From NCBI GenBank assembly GCA_038063195.1, contig JBBTVO010000003.1, positions 1 through 55,284 of the forward strand: DNA of 55,284 nucleotides, read 5' to 3'. Positions 35,163-41,750 of this stretch are shown one piece after another. Made by a program: the position numbers and the translations under genes. A model generated the notes under the pieces. The model did no database searches. It was not told the DNA's origin and saw only the letters and a list, made by a program, of their open reading frames with translations. The stretch is from Patescibacteria group bacterium (lineage in GTDB: Bacteria; Patescibacteriota; Microgenomatia; Levybacterales; UBA12049). Numbering within the stretch: position 1 is the stretch's first letter; every line of letters begins with the position of its first letter.

Positions 35163-35929
35163 TATCGATTGGGACTCGAGCCGGTATCTTTAGGCTTGTT
35201 AAGCTTCTCAGTTATGCCTGGTGTAATTTTTTCAAGATATTCCAACAGCCTGTTTTTAAATTCGCCCGCAGTAGAAGATCCCTTCTCTTCTTCTGTTTTC
35301 AAAATATCGTAAGCAAATAACAAATTGTCGTTTTTGCGATTTTTCTCAGCTTCAGTATTCTGACTTGAAACTATCGAAGCATCATAAAGAGCATCAAGAA
35401 TAGTTTTTTTGTTAGTGCCAAGGTTGGATTTCTCTATTCCGTCTTTTAGCTCATTCAATTGAGGATCATACTCAAGCTTGCCACATTTTTCATCAGAACA
35501 TAACACAACAAAATCATTCTGCTTATATTGACTTGGAATATTGACTTTCGCATATTCTCCTATCTCGCTAATTAATTCCCTGAGTTTCGGATTGTGGGTC
35601 TTGGAATATTCAAGAGAAATTCCTTGTACAATATTGTATATTTTTTTGTAGTCCTCTTTATCAACCCCGTCCAATAATATAGCATCTTTCAAATTACCTT
35701 GATAAGTTGATATAAATTCAGCATTTGCACCAGAGTCTTTCAGTTGTGAAGGTAGGTTCTTTACTGAAGTGGAAGCCGGCTGTTTGTTGTTCTTAGTTAG
35801 GAGTACTGATAGTGGTATAATTGTCAGTACAATAAGGAATAACGCTAAGCCAAGTAGCAATTTAGCTTTCGGGGTAAAAGAAAAAGGGAGAATATAGCCC
35901 TGAAGGGAATCTTGGTTTTTTTCTTCCAT
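35162..35929 (-). CDS. membrane-anchored hypothetical protein
   Basis: One TM helix; its stop overlaps the giant ORF start (TAATG), so the two are likely co-transcribed. Confidence 0.5.
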   Translation of the reverse strand: MEEKNQDSLQGYILPFSFTPKAKLLLGLALFLIVLTIIPLSVLLTKNNKQPASTSVKNLPSQLKDSGANAEFISTYQGNLKDAILLDGVDKEDYKKIYNIVQGISLEYSKTHNPKLRELISEIGEYAKVNIPSQYKQNDFVVLCSDEKCGKLEYDPQLNELKDGIEKSNLGTNKKTILDALYDASIVSSQNTEAEKNRKNDNLLFAYDILKTEEEKGSSTAGEFKNRLLEYLEKITPGITEKLNKPKDTGSSPNR

Positions 35930-36000
35930 AGGTTAAGGCCAGATAAACTTTCCTCTATAATAAAGAATATAGGGAGTGACGCCCTGATGTCAAGGAGAAA

Positions 36001-36636
36001 TTATTGTACGTTTCTATCTACGAGTGCGAGGTCAAATTTTTCCTGTTTTTCTGGATAATTGCTAATAAAATAATTTCGAACATCTCGTGCTATTTGGAAA
36101 AATTCTTGTATTTCATTCTCAGCATACAGATTATACATATTTGATACTACGAATAAACAGCCCGCCTCTCTTAAGACATCTACGAGAGATGGGTCGCTCA
36201 AATCTCCATGCTCGCAATTATTTAAGTTATTGTCTAGATACTCCTTCGGGAAAATTGATCCATCGACAAGCTTCATGTCATTTGCCTCTGGGTGAGCTTC
36301 ATAGAAGGCATTCGCAAAGGATTTTATGGTATTTATATCAGCTGGTGTGATAGGTTGATTAAAAATTGATTCGGGACTAAATTCTATTGCGACTGATGTG
36401 GGCTCAGGTGTGGGCGCTAAGGTAGGTTCAAGTGTGGGAGCTAATGTTGGTGAAGGAGTAATTCTGGGGTCTGTTTGGGAAGGCATAGGACTATCAGTCA
36501 GTCTAGCTATCGGAGTTGGGCTTTTTATATCATCAGGAGTAGGGCCTTCGGCGTTTCCACCACCACAAGCAATAGCTCCTCCTGCAATCGTTAAAGTTCC
36601 TGCAACTCCCAAGCCTATGTATTTTTCTGTTGCCAT
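36001..36636 (-). CDS. secreted/lipoprotein-like protein with PT-rich linker
   Basis: N-terminal GGAIACGGG, then PSPTLAPTLEPTLAPTPEPT linker. Confidence 0.45.
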   Translation of the reverse strand: MATEKYIGLGVAGTLTIAGGAIACGGGNAEGPTPDDIKSPTPIARLTDSPMPSQTDPRITPSPTLAPTLEPTLAPTPEPTSVAIEFSPESIFNQPITPADINTIKSFANAFYEAHPEANDMKLVDGSIFPKEYLDNNLNNCEHGDLSDPSLVDVLREAGCLFVVSNMYNLYAENEIQEFFQIARDVRNYFISNYPEKQEKFDLALVDRNVQ

Positions 36637-36651
36637 ATTGCTAGTATTCTA

Positions 36652-36675
36652 TTATATCTTATAGTTATTGTCAAG
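36652..36675 (+). repeat. junction repeat type R1 (TTATATCTTATAGTTATTGTCAAG, variant)
   Basis: Shares the TATAGT-TTGTCAAG core with 8 other copies. Confidence 0.7.
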
Positions 36676-36717
36676 TGGCTTTTTTGATGGATCGGATTAT
36701 AGCACTTGTATTTATCC

Positions 36718-36746
36718 TTGTCAAGGATAAAGGCTTCTGGTATGAT
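36718..36746 (+). promoter_or_regulatory. TTGTCA-17-TATGAT, 6 nt before the hicB ATG (duplicated at 38400-38428)
   Basis: Read directly. Confidence 0.6.
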
Positions 36747-36752
36747 ACATTC

Positions 36753-37007
36753 ATGGAGAAGAAAATCTTAAATTATAGAGTGGTTATTACACCAGATGAA
36801 AGGACCGGCAGGGGAAAGCCCTGTTACACTGCGTATGTGCCTCTCTTAGGTATTGCAACAGACGGAGATACGATTGAGGAGGCATTGATGAATGTGCAAG
36901 ATGCAATACTGGTTTATGTTAGGTCATTAAGAGAAGATGGGCAAGAGATTCCCCTAGAGTCAATTAATGGAGAATTTATTACAACCGCAAGCGTAGAATT
37001 ATCATAA
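36753..37007 (+). CDS. hicB: HicB-family antitoxin (copy 1)
   Basis: LNYRVVITPDERTGRGKPCYTAYVPLLGIATDGDTIEEAL; ATG 6 nt after TATGAT. Confidence 0.8.
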   Translation: MEKKILNYRVVITPDERTGRGKPCYTAYVPLLGIATDGDTIEEALMNVQDAILVYVRSLREDGQEIPLESINGEFITTASVELS

Positions 37008-37027
37008 AGAAAACACCTTAAGGCTAT

Positions 37028-37261
37028 ATGCCTAAATTGCCACAAATAAAAACAAAGATAATTTTGCGTGTGCTTCAAAAAGAAGGATTTATGAAAAGAC
37101 CAGGCAAAGGGAGCCATATTGTGCTTGCGCATTCAGATGGAAGAAGAACAGTTGTTCCCTTTCATAATAAACCACTTGCAAAGGGGACACTTCGGGCGAT
37201 TCTTAGACAGGCAAATATTTCCTTAGAGGAATTTCTACATCTCTTAAAAGAAAAGAGTTGA
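37028..37261 (+). CDS. hicA: HicA-family mRNA interferase toxin (copy 1)
   Basis: ILRVLQKEGFMKRPGKGSHIVLAHSDGRRTVVPFHNKPLAKGTLRAILRQ. Confidence 0.85.
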   Translation: MPKLPQIKTKIILRVLQKEGFMKRPGKGSHIVLAHSDGRRTVVPFHNKPLAKGTLRAILRQANISLEEFLHLLKEKS

Positions 37262-37287
37262 GCCAATTGCTAGAAGAGGCAGAACAG

Positions 37288-37311
37288 TTATATCTTATAG
37301 TCTTTGTCAAG
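37288..37311 (+). repeat. junction repeat type R1 (TTATATCTTATAGTCTTTGTCAAG)
   Basis: Exact core. Confidence 0.8.
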
Positions 37312-37370
37312 TGGTTTTTTTTGGGCTCCGACCCCGCGGGTCGAGCCGTAGAAAAAACATCAAGCAGGTT

Positions 37371-37793
37371 TTATCGGTAATCTTTTAAAGAAATTACTTG
37401 AATTCGCTTTGATTTCCCTTGATGCTTAATATTTTCAGTGACCAAAATAGCATTATATTGTTCTGCAATTGATAAAAATGAAGCATCATAATATGTAATC
37501 TTTAATGTTTGTGCTAGGCTATATGTAGTATTCGCAATGTCTTGGCTCATTGTAATAAAAGAAATGGGCAAAGAATAGAAGATTTTCATTAATGCTCCAA
37601 TATCTTCATGATCAATCTTTTTTCCAAAAAGAAGAGCATTACCAATCTCATATTTTAGAAGTTCCGGACAAAGAAGTTCAACTTGTTTTTCTCTTACATT
37701 TTCCAGGATTAGGTTCGCTTTATCAATATCATCTTCATTGTCTTGATTGAGCCATTTTATAGCAACAGAGGTGTCGATTACTAAAGAGGTCAT
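37371..37793 (-). CDS. vapC: PIN-domain toxin VapC
   Basis: MTSLVIDTSVAIKWL..., YDASFL acidic residues; start set at the internal ATG adjoining the vapB stop. Confidence 0.8.
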   Translation of the reverse strand: MTSLVIDTSVAIKWLNQDNEDDIDKANLILENVREKQVELLCPELLKYEIGNALLFGKKIDHEDIGALMKIFYSLPISFITMSQDIANTTYSLAQTLKITYYDASFLSIAEQYNAILVTENIKHQGKSKRIQVISLKDYR

Positions 37794-37794
37794 G

Positions 37795-38061
37795 TTAATG
37801 AGATAAGCGATCTTGTTGAATAAATTCTGAAGCACTTTTACTTCCTTTCCCATGAATAGATCGTGCTTTTCGTATACCTTCCCAAATCTGTTTCCAGTCA
37901 ACTTGTTTCTGATGAGGCTTGATTATGATTTCGTCAGGTTTAATCACAGAAATTGAAACTGCTGATGAAGGAGTAACCCAATTCACCAACTTACGGATTG
38001 AGTCGGGGATAGTTAATTGTCCTCTTTCTCTTATTATTGCTGTTCCTTGCGTGTTTATCAT
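37795..38061 (-). CDS. vapB: AbrB/SpoVT-type antitoxin VapB
   Basis: IRERGQLTIPDSIRKLVNW; TTGACA-17-TATTCT-6-ATG. Confidence 0.75.
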   Translation of the reverse strand: MINTQGTAIIRERGQLTIPDSIRKLVNWVTPSSAVSISVIKPDEIIIKPHQKQVDWKQIWEGIRKARSIHGKGSKSASEFIQQDRLSH

Positions 38062-38067
38062 AGAATC

Positions 38068-38096
38068 AGAATATCAGAAATTCAGAAAGTTGTCAA
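38068..38096 (-). promoter_or_regulatory. TTGACA-17-TATTCT, 6 nt before the vapB ATG
   Basis: Read directly. Confidence 0.6.
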
Positions 38097-38104
38097 TAGT
38101 ATTC

Positions 38105-38152
38105 GGAAGTCCACCTCCGAGGTGGGATTAGGGCTGCTATAGTCTTTGTCAA
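38105..38152 (+). repeat. junction repeat type R2 (GGAAGTCCACCTCCGAGGTGGGATTAGGGCTGCTATAGTCTTTGTCAA)
   Basis: Palindrome CCACCTC-C-GAGGTGG plus the core. Confidence 0.8.
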
Positions 38153-38213
38153 CCCCTTTTTTCGTAGCATTTTCCCCAGGTGCCGCTACAAATCCACCGT
38201 TCGGCTGAGCTCA

Positions 38214-38239
38214 CGGCCGAAGCCTCCCGGGTGGATCGG
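38214..38239 (+). repeat. 26-bp GC-rich element CGGCCGAAGCCTCCCGGGTGGATCGG (copy 1)
   Basis: Identical to 41711..41736; abuts a toxin gene remnant. Confidence 0.75.
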
Positions 38240-38245
38240 GGTGAG

Positions 38246-38290
38246 ATCGTGAGGACCAATAGTAATAACATAAATTTCCGCTTGATGCAA
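38246..38290 (-). pseudogene. remnant of a RelE/ParE-like toxin 3' end
   Basis: Minus-strand AEIYVITIGPHD matches the EIYILTIGPHD end of 41751..42008. DNA atcgtgaggaccaatagtaa is shared. No N-terminal part remains. Confidence 0.45.
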
Positions 38291-38354
38291 GATTTTTCTT
38301 AACGTTCCATGGGGGGGGATTGGTTTTGGATAGATTGGGCTTATTCAACAGCAC

Positions 38355-38375
38355 TTTCGAGGTTGAACCTCGAAA
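38355..38375. repeat. palindrome TTTCGAGGTT-G-AACCTCGAAA
   Basis: 10-bp perfect arms; same AACCTCG word as the other elements. Confidence 0.7.
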
Positions 38376-38434
38376 ATCCGAAAGCACTTGTATTTACCCT
38401 TGTCAAGGATAAAGGCTTCTGGTATGATACATTC

Positions 38435-38689
38435 ATGGAGAAGAAAATCTTAAATTATAGAGTGGTTATTACACCAGATGAAAGGACCGGCAGGGGAAAG
38501 CCCTGTTACACTGCGTATGTGCCTCTCTTAGGTATTGCAACAGACGGAGATACGATTGAGGAGGCATTGATGAATGTGCAAGATGCAATACTGGTTTATG
38601 TTAGGTCATTAAGAGAAGATGGGCAAGAGATTCCCCTAGAGTCAATTAATGGAGAATTTATTACAACCGCAAGCGTAGAATTATCATAA
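38435..38689 (+). CDS. hicB: HicB-family antitoxin (copy 2, identical protein)
   Basis: Same translation as copy 1. Confidence 0.8.
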   Translation: MEKKILNYRVVITPDERTGRGKPCYTAYVPLLGIATDGDTIEEALMNVQDAILVYVRSLREDGQEIPLESINGEFITTASVELS

Positions 38690-38709
38690 AGAAAACACCT
38701 TAAGGCTAT

Positions 38710-38943
38710 ATGCCTAAATTGCCACAAATAAAAACAAAGATAATTTTGCGTGTGCTTCAAAAAGAAGGATTTATGAAAAGACCAGGCAAAGGGAGCCATA
38801 TTGTGCTTGCGCATTCAGATGGAAGAAGAACAGTTGTTCCCTTTCATAATAAACCACTTGCAAAGGGGACACTTCGGGCGATTCTTAGACAGGCAAATAT
38901 TTCCTTAGAGGAATTTCTACATCTCTTAAAAGAAAAGAGTTGA
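38710..38943 (+). CDS. hicA: HicA-family toxin (copy 2, identical protein)
   Basis: Same translation as copy 1. Confidence 0.85.
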   Translation: MPKLPQIKTKIILRVLQKEGFMKRPGKGSHIVLAHSDGRRTVVPFHNKPLAKGTLRAILRQANISLEEFLHLLKEKS

Positions 38944-38969
38944 GCCAATTGCTAGAAGAGGCAGAACAG

Positions 38970-38993
38970 TTATATCTTATAGTCTTTGTCAAG
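38970..38993 (+). repeat. junction repeat type R1
   Basis: Exact core; part of the 612-bp duplication. Confidence 0.8.
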
Positions 38994-39040
38994 TAGTTTT
39001 TTAAAATTTACAGTTAAAATTTACTCACATCTGCCAACGT

Positions 39041-39078
39041 CAACCTACGAGGTTGCAGGCTCACAACCTCGTAGGTTG
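39041..39078. repeat. double-palindrome element CAACCTACGAGGTTG-N8-CAACCTCGTAGGTTG
   Basis: Perfect 15-bp inverted arms, each arm itself near-palindromic. Confidence 0.8.
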
Positions 39079-39097
39079 GGAAATCGGTATTTGGATT

Positions 39098-39146
39098 GGA
39101 AGTCCACCTCGGAGGTGGGATTAGAGCTGCTATAGTCTTTGTCAGG
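39098..39146 (+). repeat. junction repeat type R2
   Basis: GGAAGTCCACCTCGGAGGTGGGATTAGAGCTGCTATAGTCTTTGTCAGG. Confidence 0.8.
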
Positions 39147-39158
39147 CCCCACCGCCTT

Positions 39159-39827
39159 TTAGTTGAGTAGTGCCTTTTTTTTTAATTTTCTTGCTTCTTC
39201 AAGCCAGAAATTTTGCCAGACTGAAGGAGCGGTTTTATGAAGCATACGTGGATAATCTTTTAGTTCTGTTACTTGCAAAAGCTGCTGACCCAACTGTAAC
39301 GGGTCAATATGTGTATCAAATTTTATTCTGGCTTTTTGAAGCAAATTATCAAACTTCCATTGTTTTTTTTGCAGGATTAAGTATAGGTCGATAAAGTCGC
39401 GACTGCGAGGGTTCTGGTAAATCGTGAATGTTTTATTTACAGCAATATCAATTAGGCTCTCGACGATTACGTGATCAACTGCATGAGGTTTTTCTATCTC
39501 CGAGAAGGGAAAGTAGGTGAATTCTGTTTTTATAACTTCGTTTTCAAAATGAAGAAAAAATAAATTACGATTATAACTTTGTTGAAAGTCTATTTTTTTT
39601 ATTTTTAATATTGGTATTAATTTCTTTAATATAATCTGAATAGTAAAAGGATCTACTTCCATTTCGCTAAAAAGATCAAGGTCTTCCGAATATCTGTGAT
39701 GTAAGTAATATTCTGAAAGAGCAGTACCGCCGGTTAAGTAGAAATGAGAGAATATATCAGTCTGTAAAAAAAGCTGTTTAAGAAGACTTGTTTGCTTCGT
39801 AGTTAAGATTGTTTTGACCATAGCCAA
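39159..39827 (-). CDS. nucleotidyltransferase AbiEii/AbiGii-family toxin-like protein
   Basis: YLTGGTALSEYYLHHRYSEDLDLFS. Confidence 0.75.
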   Translation of the reverse strand: MAMVKTILTTKQTSLLKQLFLQTDIFSHFYLTGGTALSEYYLHHRYSEDLDLFSEMEVDPFTIQIILKKLIPILKIKKIDFQQSYNRNLFFLHFENEVIKTEFTYFPFSEIEKPHAVDHVIVESLIDIAVNKTFTIYQNPRSRDFIDLYLILQKKQWKFDNLLQKARIKFDTHIDPLQLGQQLLQVTELKDYPRMLHKTAPSVWQNFWLEEARKLKKKALLN

Positions 39828-40006
39828 AAGGATAAAAGCTTTCGCCTTTTTGGGTCAATCTTAAGTTCCTTCCAGTACTTAATAAGTTGGCTTGTGTTTA
39901 ATTTCTCGTCATTTAATCCAAAATTAATCAATTGCTCAAGCTTCCAGATTTCATAAGCCCTTTTGTCTTTTTTAAGAAACGATGTGTTCACGCTCCAGTT
40001 ATACAT
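39803..40006 (-). CDS. small partner protein of the AbiEii-like NTase (DUF6922-like)
   Basis: 67 aa. Pattern W..n...L..d...I.KLEQLINFG...L..YW resembles its paralog 43040..43264. TTGATA-17-TATAAT-9-ATG. Confidence 0.5.
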   Translation of the reverse strand: MYNWSVNTSFLKKDKRAYEIWKLEQLINFGLNDEKLNTSQLIKYWKELKIDPKRRKLLSFWLWSKQS

Positions 40007-40071
40007 AATAAGAATATTATATACGGATTTTGGCAGCTTATCAAGAGTACCGTGGCTATCAAAGCGTCCCA

Positions 40072-40095
40072 GTTTATCTTATAGTCTTTGTCAAG
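40072..40095 (+). repeat. junction repeat type R1 (GTTTATCTTATAGTCTTTGTCAAG)
   Basis: Exact core. Confidence 0.8.
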
Positions 40096-40161
40096 CCCCT
40101 CTTCACGGGTTCTCCTACCCAGTTGGTAAAGTATGCAGTGTGCTTCGCAAGTAAAGAGTTG

Positions 40162-40270
40162 CCCACCTTAGAGGTGGGATTAGTGCGAACTTAGACCTAT
40201 AGATTTAGACCTACGAGGTTCCAGCTTGCCAACCTCGTAGGTCGGAAGCTGCGCTGTAATCTTTGTCAAG
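40162..40270 (+). repeat. junction repeat type R2 interrupted by a ~60-bp palindromic element
   Basis: CCCACCTTAGAGGTGGGATTAGTGCG ... GCTGCGCTGTAATCTTTGTCAAG, with the insert at about 40188-40247. Confidence 0.7.
40188..40247. mobile_element. candidate miniature palindromic insertion (GACCTACGAGGTT-N10-AACCTCGTAGGTC with TTAGACCTA direct repeats)
   Basis: Splits an otherwise conserved R2 repeat; TGCG / GCTGCG flank both sides. Confidence 0.45.
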
Positions 40271-40289
40271 CCCCGTTTTAAGGCTGGAT

Positions 40290-40664
40290 TTAGCTATGCT
40301 CATGAAACTTTCCTTTAAAAACTTCATATTTATCTTGATTTAGGATAACTAGTGTATCTTTAAGGGTTTTGTTTCTCCAATGCCTGACAAATTTACTAAA
40401 AACATTTAATAGACGTTGAGACACATTTCCGCTATATCGAATTAGAATTAAGCCAAACCTTGTTGCATCTTCATAAGAAGTGATTCTTATTAATCCCAGA
40501 TCGCGAGTAACAAGCGTACGTCTTAAGGTGTTGGATTTTTTGACAATTTCCTGATCGGGGGCTTGCGTAAGTTGAAGTTCATAAACAGTTTTTAGATCGA
40601 TGTGGAGCGATCTGAAGTGATCGATGATAATTTTTGGAACGTTTTCATCGAAAAATAATTTCAT
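40290..40664 (-). CDS. DUF5615 (Mut7-C/PIN-like) toxin-like protein
   Basis: MKLFFDENVPKIIIDHF...LVTRDLG. Confidence 0.75.
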   Translation of the reverse strand: MKLFFDENVPKIIIDHFRSLHIDLKTVYELQLTQAPDQEIVKKSNTLRRTLVTRDLGLIRITSYEDATRFGLILIRYSGNVSQRLLNVFSKFVRHWRNKTLKDTLVILNQDKYEVFKGKFHEHS

Positions 40665-40921
40665 TCAAGAGAGGCAATATGAATTTTATCTCTTTTCGTA
40701 TCCAAGAAGTGAATCTCTTCTCCCGCAACGGTTTTGGCGGCATATTTTACTGCAGCTAGAATAGCGTCTTTTGTGATTTGAGGGTAGTAATCTTTAAGAA
40801 TTTTCTTTTCACTAGCGCCCGTTGCCAGAAGTTCTAAGATCATATATACAGGAATACGAGTACCAGAAATTACGGGCTTGCCCCCTAAAATTTTTGGATC
40901 AACAACAATTTTCTGTTTCAT
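40661..40921 (-). CDS. DUF433 antitoxin-like protein
   Basis: KIVVDPKILGGKPVISGTRIPVYMILELLATG; the ATG at 40921 overlaps the upstream stop (ATGA). Confidence 0.8.
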   Translation of the reverse strand: MKQKIVVDPKILGGKPVISGTRIPVYMILELLATGASEKKILKDYYPQITKDAILAAVKYAAKTVAGEEIHFLDTKRDKIHIASLE

Positions 40922-41115
40922 ATGGCTTGCTCCTGTGGTGGCAATATATTGTCTTTTAGTAATCCTTCCAAGTGGCATTGAATTGCTTCATCCAGATTTT
41001 TTCTTGTTTCCTCAATTGTCTTACCAATAGTATGAACACCCCTGAGAAGAGGAGCGAATCCATGATATCCTTTTTCGTCTGGTTCAATGATGGTTCTAAA
41101 TGTATAAGTTTTCAT
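40918..41115 (-). CDS. HicB-like (UPF0150) small protein
   Basis: YTFRTIIEPDEKGYHGFAPLLRGVHTIGKTIEETRKNLDEAI; TTGACT-16-TAAAAT-6-ATG. Confidence 0.65.
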   Translation of the reverse strand: MKTYTFRTIIEPDEKGYHGFAPLLRGVHTIGKTIEETRKNLDEAIQCHLEGLLKDNILPPQEQAI

Positions 41116-41121
41116 ATTTCT

Positions 41122-41149
41122 ATTTTAGCATCTTAGTTTTTTAAGTCAA
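41122..41149 (-). promoter_or_regulatory. TTGACT-16-TAAAAT, 6 nt before the ATG at 41115
   Basis: Read directly. Confidence 0.55.
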
Positions 41150-41175
41150 GGCTTCTTAAACCAATTGCTAAATTT

Positions 41176-41499
41176 TTAAGACGCGGGCTGGATTTGTTCG
41201 AGGGTTTTAATTCTTCCTTCGTGGTCGTCGACTTGATCTTTAAGTTCTGAATATTGATGCGTTTCAAGATCTCGCTCATCTCTTCTGGTTTCCAGTTCGC
41301 TCATCACGCCGTCTAGTTTGGTGAGTATTTGATCCCGATATTTTTTCGCATTTTCATCAATTTCCTCTTTAAATCCTTCCAGTTTAAAATCAATCCCTCT
41401 TCCTAAAGATCCTAGTTCATCTTTGGTTGCCAACCTTGCTAGCCTTTTTTTTAAATACTCTTTAGTTATGGCCTCTGAGGAACTTATTTTGCTTTTCAT
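41176..41499 (-). CDS. coiled-coil small protein (paralog A)
   Basis: MKSKISSSEAITKEYLKKRLARLATKDEL...DHEGRIKTLEQIQPAS. The N-terminal part of the track ORF is read-through of the repeat. Confidence 0.5.
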   Translation of the reverse strand: MKSKISSSEAITKEYLKKRLARLATKDELGSLGRGIDFKLEGFKEEIDENAKKYRDQILTKLDGVMSELETRRDERDLETHQYSELKDQVDDHEGRIKTLEQIQPAS

Positions 41500-41556
41500 A
41501 GTGAATACTAGTATAGCATTGGTGTAACAATATCTGTCAAGGCATCGAAAGAAAGC

Positions 41557-41608
41557 GAAGCTGTCCCACCTCGGAGGTGGGATTAGAGTTGCTATAGTCT
41601 TTGTCAAG
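41557..41608 (+). repeat. junction repeat type R2
   Basis: GAAGCTGTCCCACCTCGGAGGTGGGATTAGAGTTGCTATAGTCTTTGTCAAG. Confidence 0.8.
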
Positions 41609-41615
41609 TATCTTT

Positions 41616-41711
41616 TTAGATTATCTTTTTTCTATCTATTCCAATACGAATATATCCGTTCTTCTTAAAACATTCATCAAACCCAAAAATATCTTTAGTA
41701 TCGAAATGATC
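41616..41711 (-). pseudogene. C-terminal remnant of a PIN-domain toxin
   Basis: Minus-strand DHFDTKDIFGFDECFKKNGYIRIGIDRKKII* resembles a VapC C-terminus. It is truncated at the 26-bp GC-rich element. Confidence 0.35.
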
Positions 41712-41736
41712 GGCCGAAGCCTCCCGGGTGGATCGG
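41711..41736 (+). repeat. 26-bp GC-rich element (copy 2)
   Basis: Identical to 38214..38239; abuts the PIN remnant. Confidence 0.75.
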
Positions 41737-41750
41737 ATAAGATTAAGACT

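Larger units (their letters stand above)
36701..37312 (+). repeat. 612-bp direct repeat, copy 1 (hicBA cassette with its promoter and 3' junction repeat)
   Basis: Matches 38383..38994 at constant offset 1682. One mismatch seen (36715 t vs 38397 c). The encoded proteins are identical. Confidence 0.85.
38383..38994 (+). repeat. 612-bp direct repeat, copy 2
   Basis: See copy 1. Confidence 0.85.

Noticed and set aside
36675-36752. N-terminal extensions of hicB in the track (36675 and 38309 starts)
   Set aside because: The extensions read through the junction repeat, the promoter and unrelated upstream DNA. The two copies diverge exactly where the 612-bp duplication begins. The ATG 6 nt after TATGAT gives a canonical 84-aa HicB.
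38311-38318. G8 homopolymer as a phase-variation tract
   Set aside because: It lies in non-coding or relic DNA between a toxin remnant and the hicBA duplicate, and no intact ORF depends on its length.
41500-41607. Track start of 41176..41607 (MTKTIATLIPPPRWD...)
   Set aside because: The first 36 codons are a translation of the R2 repeat and palindrome. The paralog comparison and the promoter position support the internal ATG at 41499.
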